DNA of 53,258 nt, counting the filler, from Sphacelaria rigidula (taxonomy: Eukaryota): assembly GCA_964200075.2 (NCBI GenBank). It is 4 parts of 4 records of this genome, joined end to end, with 100 filler letters (N's around TTAATTAATTAA, not from the genome) between each part and the next. Parts side by side here need not be neighbours in the genome. Positions count along the whole stretch, not along the records: positions 40,021 to 53,258 come from CAXNAA020003039.1; 3 more parts are not named here. One strand, given 5' to 3'. A model generated the notes under the pieces. That model worked only from the letters and a program-made list of their open reading frames with translations, did no database searches and was not told the origin of the DNA. This document shows, piece by piece, positions 49,659 through 53,258 of this stretch. A program made the translations under genes and the position numbers. How positions within the stretch are numbered: the first letter of the stretch is position 1; the number at the start of each line of letters is the position of its first letter.

Positions 49659-50629
49659 GTGCGAGCAAAACTACGTACCCGTAGGACAAAATAGAAGAGT
49701 CATCCCGCTATCGGGGAGGGGTCGAACGTGTTCCCGATGGTCATACTCAAGACTTCGTGTTGCAAAAGTGCTTTTAAATAAACCACGGTTCGTACGAATT
49801 ATCTCCGGTTCGAATGACCAAATCGACGATTTTTCATACCTGGTTGCTAGAAATAGAGGAGAAAAAGTCGACTGATGGTCAAAAAGGCTCCCACGCAACT
49901 CTTTGCGCTATTCCGCGTGCCTGGGCTGCGCGTACCTGGGTTGCAACGCTGAAAACAAAGCTCAAGGATTGATTCGTACGGTACGAATCATGTCATTCGT
50001 CCGACCCGTGAAATAAACCTGTCCAAAGTATTGTGGATCACTGGGGCTCCAGGCTGAATTCGAATAACAGCATGATCGATTGTCGCGCATTAACTGATCG
50101 CCGAGGGACCCACTCGTGGTCATCATCCACAATATAGACGTACGCAAGATGAAAGAAAACAAAAACGGAAATCCTTGCTAGAGAAAAGTGATTGAAACAG
50201 AAAGACAGAACAGACAGATAGAGAAGACTGAAAGAAAAAAAAAGGAGACAAATTATAATTAGAGATGGTCGGTCACTCCAGCATGACTTGGCGGAGGAGA
50301 GGTCTTGGGGCAAAAAGAGACCATGTAGTAGCTGTTCCCTCGAGGTAGCTTGATGTTCTTCCTGTCTCGAAGTTTTTGCTCGGCAACCCGTTCGTACACA
50401 CGGCAGCACACAAGGCTGGTTTTAAGTGTACCTTACCGCTCTGGTTCAAGTACACCGTTGCTCAAGTTTTTTTTCCGGGCGCCAAGCTAAATCGGTCAAC
50501 CCCAAGCCCTCCTTTTGTGTCCACACACACACACTTGAAGTCTCGTCCCCGACGAATCGGATAAACCAACGGCCGCTTCCCCTCTTGCTCTCTCCTTATT
50601 CACGCATGCCCTCCCCCCCGTCTGTTCAG

Positions 50630-50753
50630 GGTATACCCTCGCAGTCTTCGTCGGCTTGCGGCAGTGGTAGCACTAGCTGCCGAAGAAGCGGGGCATCGCA
50701 CGCCAGCATGATAACATCTATGTACCGCCTGTCCAACGAAAAGGAAACTAAAG
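50630..50753 (+). CDS. Soluble adenylyl cyclase-like gene, exon 3 (Ser-rich insertion)
   Basis: Strong pyrimidine tract, ttcag|GGT..AAA G|gtacgt. Phase 0-1 exactly bridges exon 2 and exon 4. Confidence 0.75.
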
Positions 50754-50909
50754 GTACGTGCGGCGCAGTGATATATCGTGTTTTGCGCAGTGATGTATCG
50801 TGCTTGACAACGTGTACGACCGCCGATTTCAAAAGTTGTGCTAACCGAATTGTCATCACCCACCACCAATGGGTGATGTTAAACCTTGTGGAACTCGCGA
50901 AAAACAGTA

Positions 50910-51115
50910 CAAACTTCCGTATGCGAGGTTTCGTCACCGGAAGAAAACGTCACTTGGAGTTTGGTCTACGAATCTGTCACATTAATATACTTGGACCTGG
51001 AGTGGTGCGCCGTTTTGGTGGGCTGCATGATCAACAGTTGCAGAAAAAACAACCGTGTCTTGCCCAAGAAAACATCAATCGTGAATCCTCATTTTTGCAT
51101 GAACGGTTCCATCAG
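50910..51115 (+). repeat. Intronic dispersed repeat; direct copy at ~52855-53055
   Basis: cgtatgcgag..aacgtcac.tggagtt.gg..tacgaatctgtcacattaatatacttggac.tggagtg.tgcgccgttt occurs in both. Confidence 0.85.
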
Positions 51116-52002
51116 GATTAAGGGGGTGCTATTCGACATATCCCTGTACTTTTCGTTTTTCTCATGTTTTCTACCCCTTGATGTTCATGAAGAGGTGCAT
51201 ATATGACAGTTTTTTATTCTTCCCCGTCCTCGGGATGAATGCTCAGTCTCAAGGGGGATCAACCAATTCGTCTCTTCCCCCCCCCCCCCCCCCCCCCGCC
51301 TACCCTTTTATCCCTCCTTCCTTCCCTTCTTTTTATTTCCCCCCAACACACCCCCCCNNNNNNNNNNTTTTTTTTTTTTCCCCCCCCCCCGGAGAACTCC
51401 CTCCTCCCAAGGGGGATAAACCAATCCTCCTCTCCCCCCCCCCCCCCCCCGTGCGTACTATTAATACACACGCCTTACTTACACTTTAGTAACCCTAACC
51501 CTAAGGCACCGCATCGACTTTCGTCAAGTGCAAATTATTTATTTATTTTGCTACGTGTACAGTACTCACGTCCTCGCGTTGTCGAAAACGGAAATCTGAT
51601 TCTTGCAAGAAGGAAAAAAGAAAGGAGGGCTGAACCCACACCTACCCAGAGTCAGACCCGCGATCTTTCGCTCAGGACTGGTTCTAATTGCAGGTTCTAG
51701 TTGCACCAGTAAGACCACCGGGCCGCAGTCGCATATACTGTACTGTAGTAATTTAGATACCGGCATGGTGCAAAAGATGGCCAAAAAAGTCATCATCTAG
51801 TGTGTCATCTTGGGGGTGGCATACTGCGTGCGGATAACATACATTGTCACCTACGGTACTGGCACAGTTGACGTTTTACCGACTTCTTGGGGGTACGGTT
51901 ACTGCAGTATAGGTGTTCCCGTCTAGGGGATAAGCATAAGAACAGCCTTTGTCGAAAATAGAATTTCAGAGTCGCGAACCGTTTGCGGATGTTATTTTTC
52001 AG

Positions 52003-52244
52003 GGTTCGGTAAGAAAATATCATGCCCTACCGAACATATCCGTGCCCTACAGAACACAACGTTGAAAGATTCGACCTTGAAATCGCCCCTCCTTTTCCTG
52101 GAACTCCAACGCGAAGGCTTCGGAGCGGAGGGTGTACGAGATGCGCTGAACCTCACCCTGGGAGCGCTGATATCCACCGTGGAGCGACATGGAGGCGATG
52201 TGCTCAGGATTGCGGGGGATGCCCTGATCGTGCTGTTTCATCAG
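52003..52244 (+). CDS. Soluble adenylyl cyclase-like gene, exon 4 (second metal-binding Asp); gene continues beyond the window
   Basis: tttttcag|GG..CAG|gtacgt. GAEGVRDALNLTLGALISTVERHGGDVLRIAGDALIVLF matches the ADCY10-type GAE.L...LN..GGD[IV]LKFAGDA motif. Confidence 0.92.
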
Positions 52245-53258
52245 GTACGTTCATGTGTTTTTCGAGAACCCCAACGGGGATATCTGTCAACTTGATTCGG
52301 CCGACTGTCGGGCTTTCATCAAGCTATAATCTTCACCTATTTTTTTGCTCCCTCGACGTCTTTGACTTGATGAAACGGCCCTCAGCGTCTATCCCAATTT
52401 TAGCCCTTGAAAAAAACTTTTTTTTTTTTGCAAGGGAGTACCCGGAACATCTTTTCGTGACGATGAATCAATATTTGTACCGCGTTTTAGATTTCATTTT
52501 TTCCTTCAACAATTGAAGAAACTTTCACGAGAAAGGCCTAATAAAAAGAGCAAGATACCAATGAGCTATATAAATTTATACGATGCTGACAGATGGTTGT
52601 GAATGTGTCATGATGGTATAGGTTAGGTTCTGTGTGATTGTGCGCGATTTGAAGAGATCAGTCGCCTAACCGCCCCGTCGGAGTTTTCCGAGCAAGCTCT
52701 GCGTGAGTCGGATGATGCATTTCTCTCTGTTGTGCACGTGCACGTGTAGCAAGCAGGCAACATCAGTAGTTCTTCGGAGCAATGTGAGCTTCGGTTCGAA
52801 TACGATTTTTTTTTCTTAAACCCTTTCGGAACCATTGATGGAAAAGTGAAAGTTACAAACTCCCGTATGCGAGCTCTAGTCACCGGGGAAACGTCACGTG
52901 GAGTTCGGTGTACGAATCTGTCACATTAATATACTTGGACTTGGAGTGATGCGCCGTTTAGGCGGGCTGCATCATCAACAGTGGCTGTAAAACAACTATA
53001 TCTTGCCCAAAAAAATGTCAATCGCAAATCGTCATTTTTCCATCAATGGTCCCAAAAGGGTCAAGACGTAACTACGTAACCATGGAAGAACGTTCTCTCC
53101 CAAGATTCGGAGATGGAGAAACATTCGTACCCGATACATAATTTGGAAGGCGAAAATCATCTCTGAGATCCATCTTGAGAATCTTGAGGTCATCGGGAGT
53201 CCTACATTCACAAAACCCCGATCTTCACGGTAAACAGCCATGCAGTTTTTTTTTTTTT

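Noticed and set aside
51490..51504. Telomere-like taaccctaaccctaa
   Set aside because: Only 2.5 units; too short to call an interstitial telomere.

Overview
Eukaryotic genomic DNA with long, repeat-rich introns, most consistent with a brown alga (Phaeophyceae). This assignment is inferred from gene architecture, WSC exons and repeat style. Three 100-nt artificial spacers (N..TTAATTAATTAA..N) split the window into four contigs, so linkage across them is unproven. Spliced genes I can reconstruct are: (1) a multi-WSC-domain protein (exons 1406-1852 and 4513-4569, +); (2) a Gly/Ser/Ala/Lys-rich hypothetical protein (first exon 14589-13597, -); (3) a PHD-finger protein, probably joined to a 2.6-kb disordered exon (16392-16589 and 22633-25245, +); (4) a terminal exon with four six-cysteine modules (34561-34106, -); (5) the 5' part of a soluble adenylyl cyclase (ADCY10-type, class III) gene (four exons, 41898-52244, +, continuing past the window). 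The rest is mostly transposon debris: two LINE 3' remnants plus isolated tails, tRNA-derived SINEs, GAG-ended 4-bp-TSD MITEs, TAA-TSD and TTAA-TSD MITEs, a ~450-bp foldback and minisatellites. Most short ORFs in the supplied track are spurious. The most notable items are the cyclase (Arg at the sAC bicarbonate-binding Lys position and a ~90-aa insertion in the catalytic domain), the six-Cys repeat protein, two hairpins, C-tailed LINEs and self-nesting MITEs. I cannot support any CRISPR, rRNA, functional tRNA or clear viral gene, and I do not see a demonstrably new multi-gene system.
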